This document shows, one piece after another, positions 36,663 to 47,633 of a stretch of 64,000 nt of DNA. How positions within the stretch are numbered: position 1 is the first letter of the stretch; the number at the start of each line of letters is the position of its first letter. Under the pieces are notes generated by a model. The model did no database searches, was not told the origin of the DNA, and saw nothing but the letters and a program-made list of their open reading frames with translations. Position numbers and translations under genes: made by a program. The stretch comes from Mobula hypostoma (lineage: Eukaryota), in assembly GCF_963921235.1 (NCBI RefSeq), contig NC_086100.1:200076001-200140000 (forward strand). The letters run 5' to 3'.

Positions 36663-39600
36663 TCAGAACCCAGCCTTCCCTCCATACCCCCTGACCCCTG
36701 TAGCCACAAGGGCCATATCTAACTTCCTTTTAAACATAGCTAATGAACCGGCCTCAACAGTATGCTGTGGCAGAGAATTCCACAGATTCACCACTCTCTG
36801 TGTGAAGAAGTTTTTCCTAACCTCGGTCCTAAAAGGCTTCCCCTCTATCCTCAAACTGTGACCCCTCGTTCTAGACCTCCCCAACATCGGGAACAATCTT
36901 CCTGCATCTAGCCTGTCCAATCCCTTTAGGATCTTATACGTTTCAATCAGATCCCCCTTCAATCTTCTAAATTCCAACGAGTACAAGCCCAGTTCATCCA
37001 GTCTTTCTTCATATGAAAGACCTGCCATCCCAGGAATCAATCTGGTGAACCTTCTTTGTACTCCCTCTATGGCAAAGATGTCTTTCCTCAGATTAGGGGA
37101 CCAAAACTGCACACAATACTCCAGGTGTGGTCTCACCAAGGCCTTGTACAACTGCAGTAGTACCTCCCTGCTCCTGTACTCGAATCCTCTCGCTATAAAT
37201 GCCAGCATACCGTTCGCCTTTTTCACCGCCTGCTGTACCTGCATGCCCACTTTCAATGACTGGTGTATAATGACACCCAGGTCTCGTTGCACCTCCCCTT
37301 TTCCTAATCGGCCACCATTCAGATAATAATCTGTTTTCCTATTTTTGCCACCAAAGTGGATAACTTCACATTTATCCACATTAAATTGCATCTGCCATGA
37401 GTTTGCCCACTCACCCAACCTATCCAAGTCACCCTGCATCCTCTTAGCATCCTCCTCACTGCTAACACTGCCACCCAGCTTCGTGTCATCCGCAAACTTG
37501 GAGATGCTGCATTTAATTCCCTCATCCAAGTCATTAATATATATTGTAAACAACTGGGGTCCCAGCACTGAGCCTTGCGGTACCCCACTAGTCACCGCCT
37601 GCCATTCTGAAAAGGTCCTGTTTATTCCCACTCTTTGCTTCCTGTCTGCTAACCAATTCTCCACCCACACCAATACCTTACCCCCAATACCGTGTGCTTT
37701 AAGTTTGCACACTAATCTCCTATGTGGGACCTTGTCAAAAGCCTTTTGAAAATCCAAATATACCACATCCACTGGTTCTCCCCTATCCACTCTACTAGTT
37801 ACATCCTCAAAAAATTCTATGAGATTCGTCAGACATGATTTTCCTTTCACAAATCCATGCTGACTTTGTCCGATCATTTCACCGCTTTCCAAATGTGCTG
37901 TTATCACATCCTTGATAACTGACTCCAGCAGTTTCCCCACCACCGACGTTAGGCTAACCGGCCTATAATTCCCCGGTTTCTCTCTCCCTCCTTTTTTAAA
38001 AAGTGGGGTTACATTAGCCACCCTCCAATCCTCAGGAACTAGTCCAGAATCTAACGAGTTTTGAAAAATTATCACTAATGCATCCACTATTTCTTGGGCC
38101 ACTTCCTTAAGCACTCTGGGATGCAGACCATCTGGCCCTGGGGATTTATCTGCCTTCAATCCCTTCAATTTACCTAACACCACTTCCCTACTAACATGTA
38201 TTTCGCTCAGTTCCTCCATCTCACTGGACCCTCTGTCCCTTACTATTTCTGGAAGATTATTTATGTCCTCCTTAGTGAAGACAGAACCAAAGTAATTATT
38301 CAATTGGTCTGCCATGTCCTTGCTCCCCATAATCAATTCACCTGTTTCTGTTTGCAGGGGACCTACATTTGTCTTTATCAGTCTTTTCCTTTTTACATAT
38401 CTATAAAAGCTTTTACAGTCCGTTTTTATGTTCTCTGCCAGTTTTCTCTCATAATCTTTTTTCCCCTTCCTAATTAAGCCCTTTGTCCTCCTCTGCTGAA
38501 CTCTGAATTTCTCCCAGTCCTCAGGTGAGCCACTTTCTCTGGCTAATTTGTATGCTACTTCTTTGGAATTGATACTATCCCTAATTTCTCTTGTCAGCCA
38601 CGGGTGCACTACCTTCCTTGATTTATTCTTTTGCCAAACTGGGATGAACAATTGTTGTAGTTCATCCATGCAACCTTTAAATGCCTGCCATTGCATATCC
38701 ACCGTCAATCCTTGAAGTGTCATTTGCCAGTCTATCTTAGCTAATTCATGTCTCATACCTTCAAAGTTACCCCTCTTTAAGTTCAGAACCTTTGTTTCTG
38801 AATTAACTACGTCACTCTCCATGTTAATGAAGAATTCCACCATATTATGGTCACTCTTACCCAAGGGGCCTCTCACGACAAGATCGCTAATTAACCCTTC
38901 CTCATTGCTCAAAACCCAGTCCAGAATAGCCTGCTCTCTAGTCGGTTCCTCGACATGTTGGTTCAAAAAACCATCCCGCATACATTCCAAGAAATCCTCT
39001 TCCTCAGCACCTTTACCAATTTGGTTCACCCAGTCTACATGTAGATTGAAGTCACCCATTATAACTGCTGTTCCTTTATTGCACACATTTCTAATTTCCT
39101 GTTTAATACCATCTCCGACCTCACTACTACTGTTAGGTGGCCTGTACACAACTCCCACCAGCGTCTTCTGCCCCTTAGTGTTACGCAGCTCTACCCATAT
39201 CGATTCCACATCTTCCCGGCTTATGTCCTTCCTTTCTATTGCGTTAATCTCTTTTTTAACCAGCAACGCCACCCCACCTCCCCTTCCTTCGTGTCTATCC
39301 CTCCTGAATATTGAATATCCCTGAACGTTGAGCTCCCATCCCTGGTCACCCTGGAGCCATGTCTCTGTGATCCCAACTATATCATAATCATTAATAACAA
39401 TCTGCACTTTCAATTCATCCACCTTATTACGAATGCTCCTTGCATTGACACATAAAGCCTTCAGGCGCTCTTTTACAACTCTCTTAGCCCTTTTTAATGC
39501 TTGCCCTGGATTTGTCGGCCTGCCACTTTTACTTTTCCCCTTTGTACTTTTTGCTTCTACGCTCACTTTACACCCCTCTGTCTCTCTGCACTGGTTCCCA

Positions 39601-39677
39601 TCCCTCTGTTGTGAACTAACCTCCTCACACCTAGCCGCTTTAATTTGATTCCCACCCCCCAACCATTCTAGTTTAAA
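36663..39677 (-). CDS. CR1 ORF2 (endonuclease + reverse transcriptase), intact
   Basis: The 999-aa ORF differs from the plus-strand copy at only about six residues in the supplied translations. Confidence 0.93.
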   Translation of the reverse strand, partial: FKLEWLGGGNQIKAARCEEVSSQQRDGNQCRETEGCKVSVEAKSTKGKSKSGRPTNPGQALKRAKRVVKERLKALCVNARSIRNKVDELKVQIVINDYDIVGITETWLQGDQGWELNVQGYSIFRRDRHEGRGGGVALLVKKEINAIERKDISREDVESIWVELRNTKGQKTLVGVVYRPPNSSSEVGDGIKQEIRNVCNKGTAVIMGDFNLHVDWVNQIGKGAEEEDFLECMRDGFLNQHVEEPTREQAILDWVLSNEEGLISDLVVRGPLGKSDHNMVEFFINMESDVVNSETKVLNLKRGNFEGMRHELAKIDWQMTLQGLTVDMQWQAFKGCMDELQQLFIPVWQKNKSRKVVHPWLTREIRDSINSKEVAYKLARESGSPEDWEKFRVQQRRTKGLIRKGKKDYERKLAENIKTDCKSFYRYVKRKRLIKTNVGPLQTETGELIMGSKDMADQLNNYFGSVFTKEDINNLPEIVRDRGSSEMEELSEIHVSREVVLGKLKGLKADKSPGPDGLHPRVLKEVAQEIVDALVIIFQNSLDSGLVPEDWRVANVTPLFKKGGREKPGNYRPVSLTSVVGKLLESVIKDVITAHLESGEMIGQSQHGFVKGKSCLTNLIEFFEDVTSRVDRGEPVDVVYLDFQKAFDKVPHRRLVCKLKAHGIGGKVLVWVENWLADRKQRVGINRTFSEWQAVTSGVPQGSVLGPQLFTIYINDLDEGIKCSISKFADDTKLGGSVSSEEDAKRMQGDLDRLGEWANSWQMQFNVDKCEVIHFGGKNRKTDYYLNGGRLGKGEVQRDLGVIIHQSLKVGMQVQQAVKKANGMLAFIARGFEYRSREVLLQLYKALVRPHLEYCVQFWSPNLRKDIFAIEGVQRRFTRLIPGMAGLSYEERLDELGLYSLEFRRLKGDLIETYKILKGLDRLDAGRLFPMLGRSRTRGHSLRIEGKPFRTEVRKNFFTQRVVNLWNSLPQHTVEAGSLAMFKRKLDMALVATGVRGYGGKAGF

Positions 39678-40603
39678 GTCACCTCAGTAGCCCCCGCTAA
39701 TCTCCCTGCCAGGATATTGGTCCCCCGAGGATTTAAGTGTAACCCGTCCTTTTTGTACAGGTCACACCTGCGCCAAAAGAGGTCCCAATGATCCAAAAAC
39801 TTGAATCCCTGCCCCCTGCTCCAATCCCTCAGCCACGCATTTATCCTCCACCTCATCGCATTCCTACTCTCACTGTCGCGTGGCACAGGCAGTAATCCCG
39901 AGATTACTACCTTTGCGGTCCTTTTTCTCAACTCCCTTCCTAGCTCCCTATATTCTTCTTTCAGGACCTCATCCCTTTTCCTACCTATGTCATTGGTACC
40001 TATATGTACCAGGACCTCTGGCTCTTCACCCTCCCACTTCAGGATATCTTGGACACGATCAGAAATATCCCGGACCCTGGCACCAGGGAGGCAAACTACC
40101 ATCCGAGTCTCTGGACTGCGTCCACAGAATCGCCTATCTGACCCCCTTACTATCGAGTCCCCTATCACAACTGCCCTCCTCTTCCTTGCCCTACCCTTCT
40201 GAGCTACAGGGCCAGACTCTGTGCCGGAGGCAGGGCCACTGTCGCTTCCCCCGGGTAAGCTGTCCCCCCCAACAGTACTCAAACAGGAGTACCTGTTGTT
40301 AAGGGGCACAGCCGCCGGGGTACTCCCCATCACCTTCCTTTTCCCCTTCCCCCTCCTAACCGTGACCCACTTGTCTGCCTCCCGTGGCCCCGGCGTGACC
40401 ACCTGCCTTCCACTCCTCTCTATCACCTCCTCACTCTCCCTGACCAGACGAAGGTCATCGAGCTGCAGCTCCAGTTCCGTAACGCGGTCCCTTAGGAGCT
40501 GCATCTCGATGCACCTGGCGCAGATGTAGACGTCCGGGAGGCTTGGAGACTCCAGGGCCTCCCACATCCGACACCGAGAACAGCAAACTGCCCTCACAGT
40601 CAT
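39668..40603 (-). CDS. CR1 ORF1 (Zn-finger, coiled coil, SGNH esterase), intact
   Basis: ATG at 40603; MTVRAVCCSRC...ICARC...GDSIVRG...GTND...DGLHLN...TLN* is uninterrupted. Confidence 0.9.
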   Translation of the reverse strand: MTVRAVCCSRCRMWEALESPSLPDVYICARCIEMQLLRDRVTELELQLDDLRLVRESEEVIERSGRQVVTPGPREADKWVTVRRGKGKRKVMGSTPAAVPLNNRYSCLSTVGGDSLPGGSDSGPASGTESGPVAQKGRARKRRAVVIGDSIVRGSDRRFCGRSPETRMVVCLPGARVRDISDRVQDILKWEGEEPEVLVHIGTNDIGRKRDEVLKEEYRELGRELRKRTAKVVISGLLPVPRDSESRNAMRWRINAWLRDWSRGQGFKFLDHWDLFWRRCDLYKKDGLHLNPRGTNILAGRLAGATEVTLN

Positions 40604-40829
40604 AATGCCCCTCTCCTCAAATAGCAACAGAAAATGAATGTCAAACCTTCCTCGCCTCACCCGCTTCCGCCTAAGCCCGGTGAGCCGAAGCCCTTAAGTC
40701 TTCACTTAAGGATCATGCTCTAACTGTGTTCTCTTTCTCTGCATTAGACCTCCCATGATGCAATACTTCTCATTTAACTAGATCTGCCCTTTTTTGGGGA
40801 TATCTGCAACTGATCAATATCCCATTGTA

Positions 40830-42998
40830 TTCTTTGCCAGTCTTCTACACTGGAATCTGCTAAATTATCAGATGAGTGTGCTTTAATCCATAACAGTAAA
40901 TTTCCTCCGTCTAGAACTTTTAAGAAAAAATTAGCATGGATAGTCAGGATAAGCCAGAAATTAAATCTGTATAGAGTAATTTTAAGGTCAGAGTTAGTTT
41001 CAGGACCTGTTAAAGTAGGACTACAATCCAGTTTACCTGTGAATGATATTTCTCTATTGTTAGGGAATGACCTAGCAGATGGACAAGTTTTTCCTGAAGT
41101 GCATTTGACAATTAAGCCTATCTCTGATGAACCAAAGATGGATTATAACATGGATTCCTCCTGTGTTGTAACCCGAGCTATGGCCAAAAAGATTGCTGAT
41201 GCGGATGGGCCTGCTACCCATGACTGTTCAATTCGGGACTGAAATTTTGATGATTTGTCAGAAACTTTCTTACCTTCATTGTTTGATCAAGATTCTTGTC
41301 GTAAGTCTGACCATGAAGATTTGTCTCTGTCTCGGAATGAAATTATAGCAGAGCAGAGTAGAGACCCTGAGATTGTCAAATTAAAAACCCAAGCACTTCC
41401 AGATTGTGAAATTGAGAAGGTGCCAGTAGGATATTATTTTAAGAGTGGAGTGTTAATGAGGAAGTGTCGATCACCTACAATTCCTGCAAGTGAGGAATGG
41501 GAAGTTGTAGTTCCTAAAGTTTACAGGAATGTTGGTGTAACTCAGAAGCCACTCATTGTTTACACCGATCACAATCCATTAGTATTTTTGAGTAAGATGA
41601 AAAACAAAAATAGAGGGTTACTGAATTGGAGTTTGATGTTACTGGAGTATAATATTTTGATAACTCATATTAAAGGGAAAGATAATGTGATTGCCAACTG
41701 TCTGTCCCGATGTTGAATTTACAATGTTTTTTTTGAGTGGAATTTTAATATTTGTAACACTCCGACTGTATATCAGTTTGTAAGGTGCTGTATGATAATT
41801 CTATGTATATTGTGTATGTTGTAGATTTTATACATTTGTATATTTTTTGTAAATAGTTGTTAAAATTTTGCTCATGATAGACCAAAATTTTCTGTTTTTT
41901 GGGGGGAGGTGTTACATGCCCACAGTTTGATCACGGGATAGTGGGATGATGTAATGGTCTTGTGAGTGGGATGATGTAATGTCTCATGACCGTGGGGTGA
42001 TGTAATGTCACGTGATGTCATGGTATAAAAGGAAGCCTGCAAAAGTGTGACGCAGTTTTTACTTTTTATTTTAAGGTGCAAACACGTTTGTTGCCGGCAG
42101 TTTCACCAATTGCTGCCAGTTTTTGTTTGTTGCACAGTTGTTTTACTTTTACAGTCTAGTATTGGAGAGTGAAGATCTTACCAATGTACGGGAACCCAAA
42201 GGATTGGGTAAAGTTACCGACGTTTGGTGATTTGGAAGTGACCGACTGTTTGGAATCGGAATCGTCTGGGAAATTGTGGCCTGCACGTTTGAGTTAAACC
42301 CCTGCAAGGTCAGGACGGTTTGTGCAGTGCCCACCCTCCAGCCAAGAGGTCAGTTACTTTATGACTTCATGTCTTCGTGATTCCTTTAGACAAGGCATCG
42401 CTCGACTGTGATCAACAGATTCATCATTTTCTTCAGTATTGTTGCTGCAGTCAAGTCTCTCCTTAAAGGACTGTAAAAATCACTAGGACTTTTCAACTTA
42501 CTACTGTAGGACTGTGTTCGAATTAAGAACTATTTCTTCCTTTCTGGTGTGTGCCTGCTTGTGTGCGCGTCTGTGTGTGCGTGATGATGTCTTTTCATGG
42601 TTTTTTACAAGACGCGGAGCGAGACAGAGACTGTGTGGTGAGCCACTCCTCACACAGACATTTTCACAGTATTTTCCCTTTTATTTTACGAGGTCGAGTT
42701 GCGATCTCGACACTCAACCTGGCACGGATGGAAAGCGTACCCGGGAGCTGACCCGGCTGGTTTCGAACCTGGGAACCTCCGCTCCCAGGTCTGGCGCTGA
42801 TTTCATTGCGCCACCAGCCGGCCCATTAGGAACTATTTCTAAGTTCAACTGTTTGTTCGATATAGCCGCATAACGGTTAACTTCCGGTTAAGCTAGTTTA
42901 TTTACTTTTCTATGTTTTTGAGTAGAGTTTAATAAATATCGTTGTTTGTTTATAAAACCTGTTTCAATTTCATATCCATTGTTGCTGGACACGTGACA
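40830..42998 (+). mobile_element. Internally deleted Gmr1-like LTR retrotransposon remnant with 3' LTR (41910-42998)
   Basis: Pieces are homologous to the gag and protease regions of 50910-56991 (LLGNDLADGQVFPEVHL) and jump to the RNase H end (VYTDHNPL...HIKGKDNVIANCLSR). The PPT GGGGGGAGG is followed by TGTTACA...GTGACA. Confidence 0.85.
42538..42824 (-). mobile_element. tRNA-derived SINE inserted in the LTR
   Basis: Minus strand begins GGGCCGGCTGGTGGCGCAATG (A box) and has GGTTCGAAACC (B box). Flanked by a 16-bp TSD ATTA(A/G)GAACTATTTCT at 42522-42537 and 42825-42840. Confidence 0.85.
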
Positions 42999-43230
42999 CT
43001 GCAAACTTGTAGATGGAGTTGGAGAAGTACCTGGTCATGCAGTTGTGAACATACAGGGAGTAGAGCAGGGGGCTGACGACGCAGCCCTACGGGGCACCAG
43101 TGTTGACGATAATCATGACAAAGGCTTTGTTGCCTATCCTTACTGATTGCGGTCTGTTGACCAGGAAGTCAAGGATCCTCCACTAAAAGACTTTGTGAGT
43201 GATATGCTGGGAATGACCTTGACAAGTTTA
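42999..43230 (-). mobile_element. Rex1/Babar RT fragment
   Basis: Reverse complement reads [16 protein letters not shown]...SIYKFA. Confidence 0.7.
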
Positions 43231-43290
43231 GAACTCTGTTATGCTTCGAATGTTAATAACAACATAGTTGTACTAAACCTTGGTTTAGTG

Positions 43291-43371
43291 CAGGGGGTTC
43301 CCAAGCTTTTTTTAATGCCATAGACCCCCTACCACTAACCAAGGGGTTTGTGGATCCCAAGTTGGGAAGCC
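43291..43371. mobile_element. Small hAT-Charlie-like MITE, right end cut by a CR1 tail
   Basis: CAGGGGGTTCCCAA ... TTGGGAAGCC imperfect terminal inverted repeat. Confidence 0.55.
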
Positions 43372-44310
43372 GTAGAAACATAGAAACAGAACACCTACAG
43401 CTGAATACAGGCCCTTCGGCCCACAAAGTTGTGCCGAACATGTCCCTATCTTAGAAATTACTAGGGTTACCCATAGCCCTCTATTTTTTAAGCTCCATGT
43501 ACTTATCTAAAATTCTCTTAAAAGACCCTATTATATCTGCCTCCACCACCATTGCCGGCAGCCCATTCCACGCACTCACCACTCTGTGTAAAAAACTTAC
43601 CCCTGACATCTCCTCTGTACCTACTCCCCAGCACCTTAAACCTGTGTCCTCTTGTGACAGCCACTTCAGCCCTGGGAAAAAACCTCTGACTATCCACACG
43701 ATCAATGCCTCTCATCGTTTTATACATCTCTACCAGGTCATCTCTCATCCTCCGTCACTCCAAGGAGAAAAGGCTGAGTTCACTCAACCTATTTTCATAA
43801 GGCATGCTCCCCAATCCAGGCAACAACCTTGTAAATCTCCTCTGCACCTTTTCTATGGTTTCCACATCCTTCCTGTAGTGAGGCGACCAGAACTGAGCAC
43901 AGTACTCCAAGTAGGGTCTGACCAGGGTCCTATATAGCTGCAACATTACCTCTCGGCTCCTAAATTCAATTCCACGATTGATGAAGGCCTATGCACCGTA
44001 TGCCTTCTTAACCACAGAGTCAACCTGCGCAGCAGCTTTGAGTGTCCTATTTACTCGGACCCCAAGATCCCTCTGATCCTCCACACTGCCAAGAGTCTTA
44101 CCATTAATATTATATTCTGCCATCATATTTGACCTACCAAAATGAACCACCTCACACTTATCTGGGTTGAACTCCATCTGCCACTTCTCAGCCCAGCTTT
44201 GCATCCTATCAATATCACACTGTAACCTCTGACAGCCCTCCACACTATCCACAACACCTCCAACCTTTGTGTCATCAGCAAACTTACTAACCCATCCCTC
44301 CACTTCCTTG
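43372..44310 (-). mobile_element. CR1 3' fragment
   Basis: KFADDTKVGG, QRDLGV, RPYLEYC, RTRGH-like motifs, and a (TAGAAACA) tail at 43373-43388. Confidence 0.88.
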
Positions 44311-44567
44311 TTTCAGAGTGTTCGCTCGGCACTTATAGAGGCAATGGGATCAACATGATGGTGTTTCTGGGTAGATGAGTTCCTCTGTGTCCAAATCATA
44401 AAGGTATGCTGAAAGACCATCATAAAGGAAGCAGATTGGTCCATGGGCAAGGGTGAACTCTGCAAGTCAGCAACAACAGGAATTCTGCAATGCTGGAAAT
44501 TCAAGCAAGACACATAAAAGTTGCTGGTGAACGCAGCAGGCCAGGCAGCATCTCTAGGAAGAGGTGC

Positions 44568-44603
44568 AGTCGACGTTTCAGGCCGAGACCCTTCGTCAGG
44601 ACT
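44568..44603 (-). ncRNA. Minimal type I hammerhead ribozyme motif
   Basis: Minus strand reads AGUC-CUGACGA-AGG(loop)CCU-GAAAC-GUC-GACU, with an intact catalytic core and stems I and II. Confidence 0.7.
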
Positions 44604-44724
44604 AACTGAAGGAATTTGTGAGTAAGGGATTTGAAAGGTCTCATCCATGCCGGGTCTTTACCATCCCCTCCGACCTTCAACTGTCGGATTGCTTTCAAAT
44701 CCCTTACTCACTCTTCCTTCAGTT

Positions 44725-44760
44725 AATCCTGATGAAGGGTCTCAGCCCGAAATGTCGACT
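44725..44760 (+). ncRNA. Minimal hammerhead ribozyme motif, partly degenerate
   Basis: AAUC-CUGAUGA-AGGGUCUCAGCCC-GAAAU-GUC-GACU, with a C->U change in stem III and a stem I mismatch. Confidence 0.5.
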
Positions 44761-45039
44761 GCACCTCTTCCCAGAGATGCTGCCTGGCCTGCTGCGTTCA
44801 CCAGCAACTTTTATCTGCAAGTCAGCCTTGGGTTGTTCAGCACACACTGTGTGACTAATTGGTGGGGGGGTCGTGGAGGGAACTTTGTGAGGGGTGATGG
44901 TCGCAAATCACGATGTCCCTTAAACTGACAAGCCCCTTCCCTGGTTGCTTTGGATGGGATCCAGAAACTGGATGAAGTAGTCAACATTGGCTTGGCAGGA
45001 GAAGCCAGAGAATGGTAGTAGGTTGTTGCCTCTGAGCTG

Positions 45040-46189
45040 TGACGGTCTACTTCCAATGATCTGTTATGTGACAAGTGGAGTGCTGCAGGGATCAGTGTTG
45101 AGTCTGTTGATGTTTGTCATCCATATCAATGATCTGAGTAATACCCTAGTAAACTCATCAGCAAATTTGTGATGACACCAAGATTGGAGACATTGAAGAA
45201 GACCATCAAAAGCTTCCAGCATTCATGACCAGCTGGAAAGATGGGCTGGGAAGAGGCAGATAGAGTTTAATGCAGACAAATGTGAGGTGTTCCACTTTGG
45301 GACGACATATCAAGGTAGGATTTACACAGTGAATGTTAGGGCTCTGAGGTGTGCAGTGGAACAGACAGAGACCCAGGTGTACAGATCTATAATTGCTTGT
45401 TAGGGTTAGATAGGGCTATAAAGAGCTTTTGGCACATTGGCCTTCATAAACCAGAGCACTGTGGCATGTTATGTTGAAGTTGTATAAGACATTGGGCATA
45501 AAGTCACGAAAAAAAAAACACACAGAGAAAGGCACAGACCCCTCTGGTCTGTGTCAAATGATTCAAACGGCTTATTTCCAATGACCTGCCCCTGGACCAT
45601 AGCCCTCTATACCCCTACCATCCAGGTACATGTCCAAACTTCTATTAAATGCTGAAATTGAGCTTGTGTGCACCACTTAAGACCAGAAGACATAGGAGCA
45701 GAATTAGGCCATTCAGCCCATCAAGTCTGCTCTGCCATTCCATCATGGCTGATCCCGGATCCCACTGAACTCCACACACCTTCCTTCTCGCCATATCCTT
45801 TGATGCCCTGACTGATCAGGAAATTATCAACTTCTACCTTAAATATATCCATGGACTTGGCCCCCACCGCAGACCGTGGCAGAGCATTCAACAGATTTGC
45901 TCCTTTCTGGCTAAAAAAATTCCTTCTCACCTCCGTTATAAAGGGTCACCCTTCAATTTTGAGGTGTGCCCTCCAGTTCTGGATACCCCCACCATAGGAA
46001 ACATTCTCTCCACATCCAACCTATCTAGTCCTTTTAACATTCGGTAGGCTTCAATGAGATCTCCCCGCCATCTTCTAAATTCCAGTGACTCTTGGCCCAA
46101 AACTGCCAAATGTCCCTCATCCGTTAACCTCTTCATTCTCGGAATCATCCTTCTGAACGTCCTCTGGACTCTCTCCAATGAGAAACATC
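45040..46189. mobile_element. Degenerate CR1 fragments: plus strand at about 45040-45500, minus-strand 3' ends at about 45500-46189
   Basis: VTSGVLQGSVL on the plus strand; RGDLIEAYRMLKGLDRLD...RTGGH and RNFFSQ on the minus strand. Confidence 0.75.
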
Positions 46190-46769
46190 TGTAACACACT
46201 GTAAGGTTTCACTGCTAAGGCTAATGTAATGGCTTCTATGTAATGTTTCACCGTTAAGGTAGTGGTTTCTCTGTAGCAGCAATGTCTGTGTTATGACTTA
46301 GTGGCTCGCCAATAAGAGATTGTTGCTGTGTCTTGTGATTCTGGAAGCAGTTGTTTTCGTGGTTTTTTTGCCAGAGGGAGAGAAAGAGAGATTAAGAGAG
46401 AAGACGTGAATGGAGAAATTTGGTAGACCGCCAGACGGGGTGGACTCGGAGCAGGGGTCCGAAGGTTGGCGACGCTCGGAGGAGATCGATGGTGGAAGAA
46501 GAACTGCTGAACTGCGTGAGCTCCAACTTTGTGTGCACAGACTGTTTAGTAAGATTGGCGCCCTGTTTCTCTACTAACCATACAGTCAATGTAAGAGTTA
46601 TAAAGCTTCATTGTTTAATCACATATTGTGTACTATTTGTTATTTCGGGGTACTGAGTTGTAACAGGGGACACATCGCACACCATCCACCCAAACGAGAT
46701 TTCTTAAGTTTTGCCGGGCGGGGGGATATCACCCCCTATTTTAAGCCGCTAGATGAAGTGAGTGTTACA
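46190..46769. mobile_element. Solo LTR
   Basis: TGTAACAC...GTGTTACA inverted termini. 4-bp TSD CATC at 46186-46189 and 46770-46773. Interrupts a CR1. Confidence 0.85.
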
Positions 46770-47273
46770 CATCCTTTCTGGGATATGTTGCAATAATAAG
46801 TGCAGCCTGACTCTTGTCTTGTGAGGCAACGGGAGAGTTAAAAAGTGAGTAGATTAACAGAGCGGGTGACGGTTTTACGGGTGATGTAGTAGTGGGAGAC
46901 AGAGTAGGAAGGCTTTGGCTCGAGAGGCTGAGGACGAGCTTGCTCCCAGTGAGGTAAGGCCGGGTAAGTACCTTTAATTAATTTAATTACCTTAAGAGTA
47001 GGTAATGGAGGCAGCAGTTAGGGCAGTTGAGTGCTCCGTTTGCAGTATATGGGAAGTCAGGCACAGCACAATTGTACCTGATGACTACACCTGCAGCTCC
47101 TGACAAACCGAGTCAGGGAACTGGAGCTGGATGAACTTCTGATCATTCATGAGGCAAAGGCAGAGATAGACAGGAGATTCAGGGAGATAGTCACTCCTAA
47201 AAGTCAGGAGTCAGGTAGCTGGGTGACTGTCAGGAGAGGGAAGGGGAATAGACAGAAAGAGCAGAGCATCCCT

Positions 47274-47602
47274 TGGACAATGTCCCCATCCACTACATAA
47301 TGTACTGGGTGGGCACAGGAGTACATTCAGCCAGAGACTCATTCCACCGAGATGCAACACTGAGCGTCATAGGAAGTCATTCCTGCCTGTGGCCATCAAA
47401 CTTTACAACTCCTTCCTTGGAGGGTCAGACACCCTGAGCCAATAGGCTGGTCCTGGACTTATTTCTATCTGGCATAATTTACGTATTATTGTTTAATTAT
47501 TTATGGTTTTATATTACTATATTTATACTCTATTCTTGGTTGGTGCAACTGTAACGAAACCCAATTTCCCTCTGGATCAATAAAGTATGTCTATCTATCT
47601 AC

Positions 47603-47633
<31 letters not shown>
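47274..47633 (+). mobile_element. Short Rex1/Babar-like 3' fragment with (TCTA)n tail, nested in CR1 ORF1
   Basis: Reads HPL...QRLIPPRCNTERHRKSFLPVAIKLYN, then AATAAA and a TCTA microsatellite at 47589-47633. CR1 ORF1 resumes afterwards. Confidence 0.7.

Larger units (their letters stand above)
36566..40706 (-). mobile_element. Young CR1 LINE with intact ORF1 and ORF2, 5' UTR partly truncated
   Basis: Reverse complement of about 24867-29015 with very few differences. The tail appears as (TAGAAACA)n at the left end. Confidence 0.96.
44472..44813. mobile_element. Penelope-like (PLE) pseudo-LTR-derived fold-back element carrying two inverted hammerhead motifs
   Basis: Inverted arms at about 44514-44637 and 44692-44813. 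13-bp TSD TCTGCAAGTCAGC at 44459-44471 and 44814-44826. Confidence 0.8.

Noticed and set aside
42740..42824. tRNA gene
   Set aside because: The A/B boxes belong to a TSD-flanked SINE head and I could not fold a convincing cloverleaf.
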